Shown here: one piece after another, positions 1 through 8,383 of the stretch
Position numbering within the stretch: the first letter of the stretch is position 1
Layout: the number at the start of each line of letters is the position of its first letter
NCBI GenBank assembly: GCA_964393105.1
Contig: CAYMSM010000036.1
Coordinates: 29,589 to 93,588, forward strand
Direction: 5' to 3'
Length of the DNA: 64,000 bases
From: an uncultured Bifidobacteriaceae bacterium
GTDB taxonomy: Bacteria > Actinomycetota > Thermoleophilia > Miltoncostaeales > Miltoncostaeaceae
The notes under the pieces: model-generated
What the model was told of the DNA's origin: nothing
Seen by the model: the letters and a program-made list of their open reading frames with translations, nothing else
The model's database searches: none
Translations under genes and position numbers: made by a program

Positions 1-911
1 GCCAGTGCGGCGGGGGGCTCGACGCGATCGTGCTGGCCTGCCGGCTGGTCGAGGCCGGGGCCGGTGATCTCTACATCGCCGGCGGCGTCGAGAGCGCGAC
101 GACCTCGCCTGTGCGCCATGACGCGTCGGCGGACGCGGGCGCCGGGGGGCGACGGTTCTTTCCCCGCAGGATGTTCGCCGGCGGCGGTCACGACGATCCC
201 GGCATGGCCGAGTCGGCCGAGACGATCGCTGCGGAGTGGGGGATTCCAAGGGTGCGCCAGGACGCCTACGCGGCGCGAAGCCACCACCAAGCGGTTGCGG
301 CTCGGGAGGCGGGCACGTTCGATCGCGAGATCGTGCCATGCGCGATCCAGACGGTCGATGGTCCCGGGGTCGTGGTCCAGGACTCCTGTCCGCGTGCCAC
401 GTTGACGGCGGAGCGCCTGGCACGGTTCCCAGCCATCGTCGCGGCAGGGGGCACCGTGACCGCAGGCAACGCGAGCCAGATCGCCGACGGCGCGGCGGCG
501 GTCGTGGTCGCGTCGCAACGCATGGCAGAGGGGCTGGGTCGAGCCGGTCTGCGGCACATCGACAGCGCCACCACCGGGGTCGGCCCGCGCCTGTGTGGCA
601 TCGGCGGCGTCGCCGTCGTTCGGCTGTTGGGTGCGCGCAACCCCGGGTTGCGCCTCGACGGGCTCACGCAGGTGGCGTTCACCGAGGCGTTCGCCAGCCA
701 GACACTCGCGACGCTCGACGACCTGGGCCTCGACGAGACGCGCGTCAACCCGAACGGGGGCGCCATCGGCCTCGGCCACCCGTGGGGGGCATCAGGAGCG
801 ATCCAGGTCGTGCGCCTCGTGGCCGATCTGGCCGGCGACCCCTCGGCCAGTGGCCTGGCGCTGGCCGCGATCGCGGGCGGGATGGGCACTGCCGCGTGGT
901 TCGCGGCGTGA
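1..911 (+). CDS. acetyl-CoA C-acetyltransferase (thiolase), 5' end outside window
   Basis: Frame is open from the window edge. Contains QCGGGLDAI, IAGGVES and NPNGGAIGLGHPWGASGA thiolase-type motifs. Confidence 0.85.
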   Translation, partial: QCGGGLDAIVLACRLVEAGAGDLYIAGGVESATTSPVRHDASADAGAGGRRFFPRRMFAGGGHDDPGMAESAETIAAEWGIPRVRQDAYAARSHHQAVAAREAGTFDREIVPCAIQTVDGPGVVVQDSCPRATLTAERLARFPAIVAAGGTVTAGNASQIADGAAAVVVASQRMAEGLGRAGLRHIDSATTGVGPRLCGIGGVAVVRLLGARNPGLRLDGLTQVAFTEAFASQTLATLDDLGLDETRVNPNGGAIGLGHPWGASGAIQVVRLVADLAGDPSASGLALAAIAGGMGTAAWFAA

Positions 912-1591
912 TCACGTTTATCGACGTCGCGGTCGTCGTCACCGACGGGACCGTCCTGCTGCACGACGTCACCGTGTCGCTGACCCAGCGTCGAGTGGCG
1001 ATCATCGGCTCGAATGGCTCAGGCAAGACGACTCTGGCGCGCACGATCAACGGGCTGACCCTGCCGACCCGCGGCACGGTGACGGTGGACGGCATCGACA
1101 CCGCACACGACCGGCGCGGGGTGCAGCGCCGCGTGGGGTTCGTGTTCCAGGACGCCGACAATCAGCTGGTGTACCCGACGCCGGTCGAGGACATCGCGCT
1201 CGGTCTCCGCGCACACGGGCTTGGCAAACGCGCGGCCAACGACGCGGCCATGGACGTGCTGCGGCTGGTCTCGCTCGAACACAAGGCCGACCAGGCGATC
1301 CACACGTTGAGTGGGGGCGAGAAGCACCTGGTCGCCTTGTGCGCGGTGCTGGCGCTCGAGCCGACCTGGATCGTCATCGACGAGCCTACGACGACACTCG
1401 ACCTCGTCAACCGACGCCGGGTGATCGACGTACTGACGAGCCTGGCTCAACACCTGGTCATCGTGTCGCACGACCTGGACCTGGTCAGGCAGCTCGACCG
1501 CGTGCTGCTGATCGACAAAGGGACGATCGTGGCCGACGGGCCGCCGGCGGCGGTGACGACCGCGTACCTCGATCTGGTCGGGGCCGGGTGA
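908..1591 (+). CDS. ECF/ABC transporter ATP-binding protein (CbiO/EcfA-like)
   Basis: GTG 908 overlaps the thiolase stop (GTGA). Walker A GSNGSGKTT, signature LSGGEKH, Walker B IVIDEPT. Confidence 0.85.
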   Translation: MITFIDVAVVVTDGTVLLHDVTVSLTQRRVAIIGSNGSGKTTLARTINGLTLPTRGTVTVDGIDTAHDRRGVQRRVGFVFQDADNQLVYPTPVEDIALGLRAHGLGKRAANDAAMDVLRLVSLEHKADQAIHTLSGGEKHLVALCAVLALEPTWIVIDEPTTTLDLVNRRRVIDVLTSLAQHLVIVSHDLDLVRQLDRVLLIDKGTIVADGPPAAVTTAYLDLVGAG

Positions 1592-2259
1592 TGCGCAGAC
1601 GCGACCGGCGGACGACGCCAGAGGCGCTGTCGCTGTACTGGCCGGGTGATTCGTGGCTGCATCGCGCACCCGCCGGCGCGAAGCTGCTGGGGCTGCTCGT
1701 CGGTGCCACCGTGGTGGTGGCGGTCAACCGCCCCGCGGTGTCGGGGACGGTGCTGTTCGTGGCCGTTGTCGCGATTGCTGCCGCCGGCGTGCCCGTGTCG
1801 GTGCTGTGGCGGCAGGCCAGACCGCTCGTCGTCGTCATCGCGGTGTTGACGGCGTTCCAGGTGCTGATCGGCCGGCCGGAGGAGGGGCTCGTGGCCGCCA
1901 CGCGTCTGCTGGCGGTGGCGGCACTGGCACTCGCCGTGACGCTGACCACCAGGTTCACCGCGCTGGTGGAGTGGCTCGAGCGCACTCTCCGTCGATGTCG
2001 GGTGGCCCCGGCCCGCGTGTTCCGCGTCGGCCTGACCGTGGGCCTGGCCCTGCGGAGCCTCGACCACCTCGGCGTTATCGCCCACCGCGTCCTGGATGCC
2101 CGCCGGGCGCGCGGGCTCGGTCGCAACCTGCGTGCGTTCGCCGTGCCCACGGTCGTCGCCGCCGCCCGGTTCGCCCACGGAGTGGGGGAGGCCCTCGAGG
2201 CCAGGGGCCTCGCCGATCCGGTGCCGGCACAATTCGAGCCGAGGGACGAGGCCGCATGA
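1591..2259 (+). CDS. ECF transporter T component (CbiQ/EcfT-like)
   Basis: ATG 1591 overlaps the upstream TGA by 1 nt. Multi-pass hydrophobic protein with the ARG-type loop RRARGLGRN. Confidence 0.7.
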   Translation: MRRRDRRTTPEALSLYWPGDSWLHRAPAGAKLLGLLVGATVVVAVNRPAVSGTVLFVAVVAIAAAGVPVSVLWRQARPLVVVIAVLTAFQVLIGRPEEGLVAATRLLAVAALALAVTLTTRFTALVEWLERTLRRCRVAPARVFRVGLTVGLALRSLDHLGVIAHRVLDARRARGLGRNLRAFAVPTVVAAARFAHGVGEALEARGLADPVPAQFEPRDEAA

Positions 2260-2645
2260 CGATGCATCCGTTTCGCCTCGTGGCCGAGCTCACGCGCTGC
2301 GGCGCCGAGGGCGCGGAGGCGCGGTGGCGGCCGACCGGGGGCGAACTCGGGACGGTGCCCAGGCCCCGCCCGCAACACGTTCCGAGCTCCCTCGTGCTGG
2401 AGGCGCTCGTCGAGTGCGCGGGGCTCCTTCTCCAGCACATCGATGGCACGCCATCCATGTATTGGCTTCTGAGTGGTGTCGACGCTGCCGACTTCGCGCC
2501 GACCGCGTGGGACCACGAGATCGGGCTCACCTGTGCCTTGTTGCGGCGTTCCAGTCGTGCCGCGACGCTTACCGTCGAAGCGACGCACGACGGGCACGCC
2601 GTCTGCCACGCCCAGATCCTGATGGTGCGCGTCCCCGCCGTCTGA
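2256..2645 (+). CDS. hotdog-fold (FabZ/MaoC-like) protein
   Basis: ATGA overlap with the upstream gene. About 129 aa with the LVLEALVECAGLL...ILMV pattern typical of hotdog dehydratases/thioesterases. Confidence 0.55.
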   Translation: MTMHPFRLVAELTRCGAEGAEARWRPTGGELGTVPRPRPQHVPSSLVLEALVECAGLLLQHIDGTPSMYWLLSGVDAADFAPTAWDHEIGLTCALLRRSSRAATLTVEATHDGHAVCHAQILMVRVPAV

Positions 2646-2734
2646 TCGATCTCAACGATGCCGCCCGTCCGATCCGCCTCTCGGGGTCAAGGCGGGGTCA
2701 AGTGTGTCGTGACGTCACAAGATTCACGCAAACA

Positions 2735-2773
2735 TGTAACGATTGGCCGAAACGGACGGCGCCAAATGGCCGT
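2735..2773 (+). repeat. intergenic repeat family 1, copy C (TGTAACGATTGGCCG...CCAAATGGCCGT)
   Basis: About 31/39 identical by eye to the reverse complement of 14507-14545, and related to 28307-28344. Confidence 0.6.
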
Positions 2774-2778
2774 ATCGA

Positions 2779-3143
2779 CTACTTCGAGTCGTTGGCTGGC
2801 AAGAGCTTCGCCGTGAATCGCCTGGTGTGGATCTTGACGGCCATGCCGGTTGTGGGGCTTGTCGCCATGAGCGCGGTTCCGTCGAGCGTGAGGCTCCAGT
2901 CCCTCACCTTGGGTGCCGCGTGGGGCAGGTCGATGCAGACGGCGGTCTTGTTGACGGTGTCAAGGGCGTGGACGAACGCGTGATCGCCGAAGTAGGCGTC
3001 GTTCCATCGTCGCGGATGTTCAGGCCCACCTCCGCCGCGACGGGTGCCTTCGGGTTCGGGGTGCTCGGCGTGGTTTCGGTCCCTCCGCACCCGGCGAGGG
3101 TCGCCGCGACGAACGCAGTAGCCAAGACGAGCTTGCGAGCCAT
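2779..3143 (-). pseudogene. lipoprotein gene interrupted by a frameshift
   Basis: Signal peptide plus lipobox MARKLVLATAFVAATLAGC is in one frame (from 3143). The protein-like C-terminal part WNDAYFGDHAFVHALDTVNKTAV...LPANDSK is in another frame (to 2779). The switch is near 3005-3012. Confidence 0.5.
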
Positions 3144-3221
3144 GGGACACCCTGGACGTGGAAGAAGCGATAACCCCTCTACGTCTCACACCCCGATTGC
3201 GTTTCCGGAGCCGGTGGCGGG

Positions 3222-3539
3222 TCAGCAGTCCGTCGCAACTGCGAGCGCGCGGCAGACCTCGATCATGCGGATGGCTGACAGCTGTGTGACGCGTTCCGTC
3301 AGGAATGCCTTGTCGGCGATGGTGACGTTATCGAGTGTTGCGACGCACTCGGTCGGCATGCCGTCAGCCGCCGATAAGGGTACCTCGGTTGGAATTCCAC
3401 GGATGCGTCGCGTGATGGGTGCCACGAGGACCGTGCGAAGAATCGGGATCGCGGGGTTGCGCGTCAGTACGAGGACGGGACGCCGCTTGTCTGGCATCTC
3501 GGCCCACCATATCTCGCCTCTCCGGGGGCCGCCGATCAC
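3222..3539 (-). CDS. type II toxin, MazF/PemK-family endoribonuclease
   Basis: GEIWWAEMPDKRRPVLVL...VAPITRR pattern. GTG start overlaps the antitoxin stop (GTGA). Confidence 0.8.
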   Translation of the reverse strand: MIGGPRRGEIWWAEMPDKRRPVLVLTRNPAIPILRTVLVAPITRRIRGIPTEVPLSAADGMPTECVATLDNVTIADKAFLTERVTQLSAIRMIEVCRALAVATDC

Positions 3540-3784
3540 CAGGGTTCATCGCTGATGAGCGCTCGCGTCGCCGCCGTTGCGAACGCGACCTCATCATCGG
3601 TCTGCGGCAGTCGCGTGTAACCGTCGATGATGCTGCGGTCGGTTTCGGAGCGCGCCTGGGCGCGCAGAAGTGCGTCGATTGCATTGCGAACCGCATCGGT
3701 CCGCGTCGAGAAGGTGCCGTCTGCGACAAGCGCGTCGATAGCAGCGAGTGTCTCATCGGCAAGGCGGAGCGCAATTGTCGTCAT
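3536..3784 (-). CDS. ribbon-helix-helix (CopG-like) antitoxin
   Basis: MTTIALRLADETLAAIDALV is a typical RHH N-terminus. Lies directly upstream of and overlaps the toxin. A longer start at 3841 is possible. Confidence 0.7.
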   Translation of the reverse strand: MTTIALRLADETLAAIDALVADGTFSTRTDAVRNAIDALLRAQARSETDRSIIDGYTRLPQTDDEVAFATAATRALISDEPW

Positions 3785-3932
3785 ACCGTGAGCATAACGT
3801 GCTGTCATACATCTGGCGTAACCCGGAAGCAAATGCGACATGCGACGACCTGACTGCGGGAGGACTGCAGCCGTAGTCGCGGATGCCGATACGGACGCGG
3901 CGGCGGCCGGCGCTGCGCGTTACTGTCCGACC

Positions 3933-5189
3933 ATGGCGCTTGCGGCGGTGTTGCGGGTCAGGGAGTTCCGCAGGTTCTGGTTGGCGAGCCTCGTGTCGAA
4001 CGCCGGGTCGTGGCTGCAGGTCGTCGGCGCGGGCTTTCTGATCTACGACTTGACCGAGAGCCCCGCGGCGGTCGGCGCCCTGGCGCTTGTCGCCCGTGGG
4101 CCGGCGTTCGTGTTGTCGGGCTACGCGGGGCAGCTCGCCGATCGATTCGACCGGCGCGTCGTGGGCATCGTGACGTTTGCCGTGCAGGCGGTCGGCGCGG
4201 GTGGCCTGGCTGTGCTGAGCGCGCTCGACGCGGCCACGCCCGCGGTCATCTACGCGTCGACGTTCGTCGTGGGCGTGGGATTCGCGCTCGGCCTTCCCGC
4301 CATGCTCGCCCTGGTCGGCGTCCTGGCCGGGCGTGACAAGCTGCCCGAGGCGATCGCGCTGAACGCCGCGGGTATCAACGTCGCCCGGCTCGCCGGGCCG
4401 GCTCTGGGTGGCGTGTTGCTCGTCGTCGGCGGTCCGACGGTGTGCTTCGCCGTCAACGCGGCGTCGTTCGTCACGCTGATCGTGGTGCTGATCGGTCTGC
4501 GGGCATTCCCGCCTGCCGCGCCCGGCTCCCGTGCGCGCATACGCGAGGCCATGCGCTACGCGGCCGCAGACCCGGCGGCGCGGAGGCTCCTGATCGGCAT
4601 GGCGGTCTTCGCCGCACTGGCCGCGCCGGCGCAGGAGCTCGCCCCGGTCGTCGCGGCCACGCTCGACGCCCCCGCGGTGGGGCTGGGGCTCTTGCTGGGG
4701 ATGATGGGCGGCGGCGCGCTCGTCGGCGCCTGGCTTCTGGAGCGCTTCGGCCGGGCCGGCTACCCGCGGCATCACGCGCTGCCGACGGCCACGCTGGCCT
4801 TCGCGGTAGCGATGGGAATGCTCGCCGCCACGCCCTGGTTCTGGTTGGCGCTCGTCGCGATGTTTCTGGGTGGGGTGTTCTGGATCTGGATGTTCATCGC
4901 GACGAACGCCGCCATCCAGCTGGGCTCGCCGCCGGAGCTGATCGGCCGGATGCTCGGTCTCTACCAACTGGCCGTCCTCGGACCGATCGCGATTGGCGCG
5001 CAGGCCGCGGGTGGCCTGGCCGAGCTCGTCGGCATCCGCTGGAGCCTGGGCACGTGCGCGGCGCTCCTCGGCGCCTGGGGCGTCTGGAGCCTGATCAACA
5101 CGGTCCCCGAGATCGACGGAAGCCCGCACGCGGCCGGCGGCGGGATCCGCGAGGGCCTGCTCGCACGCCGGCATCGACCGGCACCCTGA
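3933..5189 (+). CDS. MFS transporter
   Basis: EFRRFWLASLVSNAGSWLQ...GQLADRFDRR and about 12 hydrophobic segments. ATG 3933 is preferred over the upstream 3840. Confidence 0.85.
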   Translation: MALAAVLRVREFRRFWLASLVSNAGSWLQVVGAGFLIYDLTESPAAVGALALVARGPAFVLSGYAGQLADRFDRRVVGIVTFAVQAVGAGGLAVLSALDAATPAVIYASTFVVGVGFALGLPAMLALVGVLAGRDKLPEAIALNAAGINVARLAGPALGGVLLVVGGPTVCFAVNAASFVTLIVVLIGLRAFPPAAPGSRARIREAMRYAAADPAARRLLIGMAVFAALAAPAQELAPVVAATLDAPAVGLGLLLGMMGGGALVGAWLLERFGRAGYPRHHALPTATLAFAVAMGMLAATPWFWLALVAMFLGGVFWIWMFIATNAAIQLGSPPELIGRMLGLYQLAVLGPIAIGAQAAGGLAELVGIRWSLGTCAALLGAWGVWSLINTVPEIDGSPHAAGGGIREGLLARRHRPAP

Positions 5190-5290
5190 CGGACCCTGCA
5201 ACTCCGGCTCGGGCGCCTGGGCAGCGTGAAGGTTTGGAAAGGGTGCCAGCAGACACGGATGTACCGAGAGCCGTTTGTTGATGGCTGATT

Positions 5291-5320
5291 CCGGCACGCG
5301 AAATGACCCTTCCGTACAGG
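5291..5320 (+). repeat. intergenic repeat family 2, copy 1 (CCGGCACGCGAAATGACCCTTCCGTACAGG)
   Basis: About 24/29 identical to 52156-52184. The 3' half recurs inverted at 28266-28282. Confidence 0.6.
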
Positions 5321-5351
5321 GGCGCGGTCATCGTCCACACCTGTAACGCCG

Positions 5352-6524
5352 GTGCTTCTCACTGTCGCCGAGACCCCGGCCCAGGCGAGCGGCCGGGAGC
5401 GCTCCGCTAATATCGCGCGGTTGGACGAAGTGCAGCTCACAGAGCGTCTGATCGCCTTTGACACTGCGACCCCGGCAGGTCTCGGCCCCGCACTCGACTT
5501 CGTCGAGGGATGGCTCGAAGGCTGTGGCGCGCGTGTGGAGCGGCGGGCCTTCGGCGACCGCAACTGCATCGTCGCGCGGGTCGGGTCCGGGACGCAACGG
5601 GTCATCTTCCACGGACACCTGGACGTCGTGCCCGGGCGCGCCGACCAGTACCGCGCGCGCATCGAGGACGGCCGGGTGTACGGACGCGGCGCCTACGACA
5701 TGAAGGGGGCGCTCGCGGCGATGATGCTGGCGACCTCCGACCTCGCCAAGGGCCTCGACGGCGCCGTGGTGGAGTTGGTCGTCGTCCCGGACGAGGAGCG
5801 CTCGGAGCCTGGCCCCAACTGCACCGAGATGCTCGTCGCCGATGGCATGCACGCGGATTTCGTGATCTGCGGCGAGCCGACCGACATGCAGGTGGGCGTC
5901 CAGGCCAAGGGCGTGTTGATGCTGCGCGCTCAGATCGAGGGCGTGGCCGCGCACGGCTCGACCCCGTGGCTCGGCCAGTCGGCGATCCTGGCCGGCGTGG
6001 ACTGCTACCGGGCAATCGAGACGCTGCCCTTCGCGGCGCAGTCCACCGACCTCTTCGCCCGCCCGTCGATCAACCTGGGGCGCATCCACGGTGGAGATGC
6101 GATCAACAAGGTCGCCGACCAGTGCCGCCTCGACATCGATGTGCGCTACCTGCCGGGGCAGGATCCCGACGAGGTCCTCGCGCAAATCCGAGGGTTGGGG
6201 GACTGGCAGGTCGAGGTCCTCGTCGAGCGCCCGCCCGCCTACGTCGATCCGACCGACCCGTTCGTCCAGCTCCTGCTACAGGCCATTGGCGCGCATGAGC
6301 CGACTGCGACGTCGGTCGGTCGCGACGGCGCCTCCGACGCCGTCGGGTTCCTGGCAGCGGGAGTCCCGGCCGTCGAGTTCGGTCCGCGCGGCGCCGGCCA
6401 CCACGGCCCCGCCGAGTACGTCGAGGCCGCGTGCCTGGCGTCGTATCGACGCTCGCTCGTCGACTTCGCCGGTCTTGTCGCGCAACGCATCGCGGAGCAT
6501 CCGACGGGGATGACCGCAGCGTGA
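5352..6524 (+). CDS. M20 family metallopeptidase (ArgE/DapE-like)
   Basis: FHGHLDVVP, GRGAYDMKG and PDEERS motifs. The start is uncertain (GTG 5352 or the TTG near 5421). Confidence 0.85.
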   Translation: MLLTVAETPAQASGRERSANIARLDEVQLTERLIAFDTATPAGLGPALDFVEGWLEGCGARVERRAFGDRNCIVARVGSGTQRVIFHGHLDVVPGRADQYRARIEDGRVYGRGAYDMKGALAAMMLATSDLAKGLDGAVVELVVVPDEERSEPGPNCTEMLVADGMHADFVICGEPTDMQVGVQAKGVLMLRAQIEGVAAHGSTPWLGQSAILAGVDCYRAIETLPFAAQSTDLFARPSINLGRIHGGDAINKVADQCRLDIDVRYLPGQDPDEVLAQIRGLGDWQVEVLVERPPAYVDPTDPFVQLLLQAIGAHEPTATSVGRDGASDAVGFLAAGVPAVEFGPRGAGHHGPAEYVEAACLASYRRSLVDFAGLVAQRIAEHPTGMTAA

Positions 6525-8383
6525 GCACCGTCGACCCGCCCGGCCGTCCGCTCGATCACGGTGACGCGACCTACTACTGCAAGCCGCGCCGCCGCCGGCC
6601 CGTACTCGGCGTCCTCGTGTGGTCGCTCGCGGCAGTGCTCGCCATCGCCGGCTCGGGGCTGCTCTTCGCCGAGCGCGTGGCCAACCGCGCGTTGTCAAAC
6701 GACCTCAACAACGCGCCCGAGGTCATAGAAGCACGAAAGATATTGTCCCAGGAGCCCAAGAGCCTGGGCGACCGTCCGTGGAACATCCTGGTCATCGGCT
6801 CGGACAAGCGAGCCGGCAAAGACGGTCCCAACGGTGGTCGTGGCGATACGCTGATCCTGGTTCGACTCGATCAGAAGCGCAACTTCGTGTCGATGCTGTC
6901 GTTTCCCCGGGACCTGTTCGTCCCCATCCCCGGCTACGGCGAGAACAAGATCAACGCAGCGTATGCGTTCGGCGGCTACAAGCTCGCGATCGAGACCATC
7001 CAGAATCTGACGGGCGAGAGGATCCACCACTTCTTCAACGTCGACTTCGAGGCGTTCCGGCGACTCGTCAACGATGCCGACGGCGTGTACCTAGACGTCG
7101 ACCGGTGGTACTTCAACGACAACAGCGGGGGGGGCGAGCGGTTCGAGCAACTCGACATCAAACCCGGCTACCAGAAGCTCAACGGCTTCGACGCGCTCGA
7201 CTACGTGCGCTACCGCCACGGCGACACCGACTTCGGGCGCATCGCGCGCCAGCAGGCGTTCCTGGCGGCGCTCAAGCGCGAGACGCGTGGCGCGCGCGGG
7301 CTTGACAACATCATCGACGCCGTGCACGACGAGGTCACAACGAGCCTCAAGTCGACCACACGACTCAAGGACTTCCTGCTGTTCGGCCTGCAGACCGAGA
7401 AGGATCACGTCGCCCGGACGCAGATCCCGACGGTCGGCCAGCGGGGCACGTCGTGTTGCGGGTCCGTGGTGCTGACGACGCCCCGGTTGATCGCCGAGGC
7501 CGTCGACACGTGGAAGAACCCGTTCTTCCTGACCGACGCGATCGTCAAGGCGACCGATCCGTCCAAGGTCGTCGTGACCGTCTACAACGGCAGCAAGAAG
7601 CTCGGCGTCGGCAGCAAGGCGGCCCTCGCGCTCGAGAAGCGCGGGTACAAGGTGTTCTTCGCCGGGGACGCCCCGGAAGGGTTCTATTCGACGACGTCGG
7701 TGTTCTACGCCGAGAGCAAACGCAACGAGGCCAAGTCCGTCCAGGCCCTCTTCGGACCGGGTGCCACGCTTGGGCAGCGCCGGGCGGGGCAGCCGGCAGA
7801 TGCGGACGTAATCGTTGTGGTCGGTGGCGACTACGAGGGGGTCACCACCCCCAAGCCTCCGGCTGCCCCCGTCAAGCAGAAGCCCGACACCGTGTTGACC
7901 ACCAGCCTGCGGCGGAGCGTGCAGACGGCGAAAAGCCTCTCGGGCATGGACCTGCTGGTTCCGACCCACTTGCCGCCGGGCTCGTCGGTCAGGTACATCC
8001 GGCTCTACAACGTCGACCGTGGCGATCGAGGTAAGCCCGACGCGCTCACGATCGTTGTGCAGATGCCGGGCTTCTCCAAGCTCGGCGGAACGCGCTACAT
8101 GACGATCACCCAGACCTCCATGAAGGACCCGCCGATCGTCGAGACCGGAAATTGCTGCGACAAGCAGGGCAACACCACCTTCTACAACGGCAAGAACATG
8201 CAGCGCTTGTTATGGAAGCGCGGGGCGATGACCTACTGGATCACGAACGCGCTCGACGAGTCGGTCACGGCCACGACGATCCGCGACATCAAGACGTTCA
8301 TGGTGCGGCCGGGCAAGGTCCGGGTCAAGAAGGGCCAGCGCGACACCGCCATCAGGGTGTCCGAGACGAGCAGGACCCCATAG
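6521..8383 (+). CDS. LytR-CpsA-Psr (LCP) family protein with additional C-terminal domains
   Basis: GTGA overlap with the M20 gene. TM anchor, then NILVIGSDKR...GDTLILVRLD...SFPRDL...INAAY LCP core. The C-terminal roughly 170 aa are unassigned. Confidence 0.85.
   Translation: MSTVDPPGRPLDHGDATYYCKPRRRRPVLGVLVWSLAAVLAIAGSGLLFAERVANRALSNDLNNAPEVIEARKILSQEPKSLGDRPWNILVIGSDKRAGKDGPNGGRGDTLILVRLDQKRNFVSMLSFPRDLFVPIPGYGENKINAAYAFGGYKLAIETIQNLTGERIHHFFNVDFEAFRRLVNDADGVYLDVDRWYFNDNSGGGERFEQLDIKPGYQKLNGFDALDYVRYRHGDTDFGRIARQQAFLAALKRETRGARGLDNIIDAVHDEVTTSLKSTTRLKDFLLFGLQTEKDHVARTQIPTVGQRGTSCCGSVVLTTPRLIAEAVDTWKNPFFLTDAIVKATDPSKVVVTVYNGSKKLGVGSKAALALEKRGYKVFFAGDAPEGFYSTTSVFYAESKRNEAKSVQALFGPGATLGQRRAGQPADADVIVVVGGDYEGVTTPKPPAAPVKQKPDTVLTTSLRRSVQTAKSLSGMDLLVPTHLPPGSSVRYIRLYNVDRGDRGKPDALTIVVQMPGFSKLGGTRYMTITQTSMKDPPIVETGNCCDKQGNTTFYNGKNMQRLLWKRGAMTYWITNALDESVTATTIRDIKTFMVRPGKVRVKKGQRDTAIRVSETSRTP

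Noticed and set aside
3753-5297. 514-aa ORF antisense to the MFS transporter gene
   Set aside because: Extremely Arg/Glu/Pro/Gly-rich and low in complexity. The MFS frame on the other strand has clear TM periodicity.
8152-8379. 76-aa N-terminal extension of ugd from ATG 8152 or 8212
   Set aside because: The peptide (Arg/His/Gln/Gly-rich) looks off-frame. It would overlap the LCP gene by 172-232 nt. The conserved Udg N-terminus begins at 8389.
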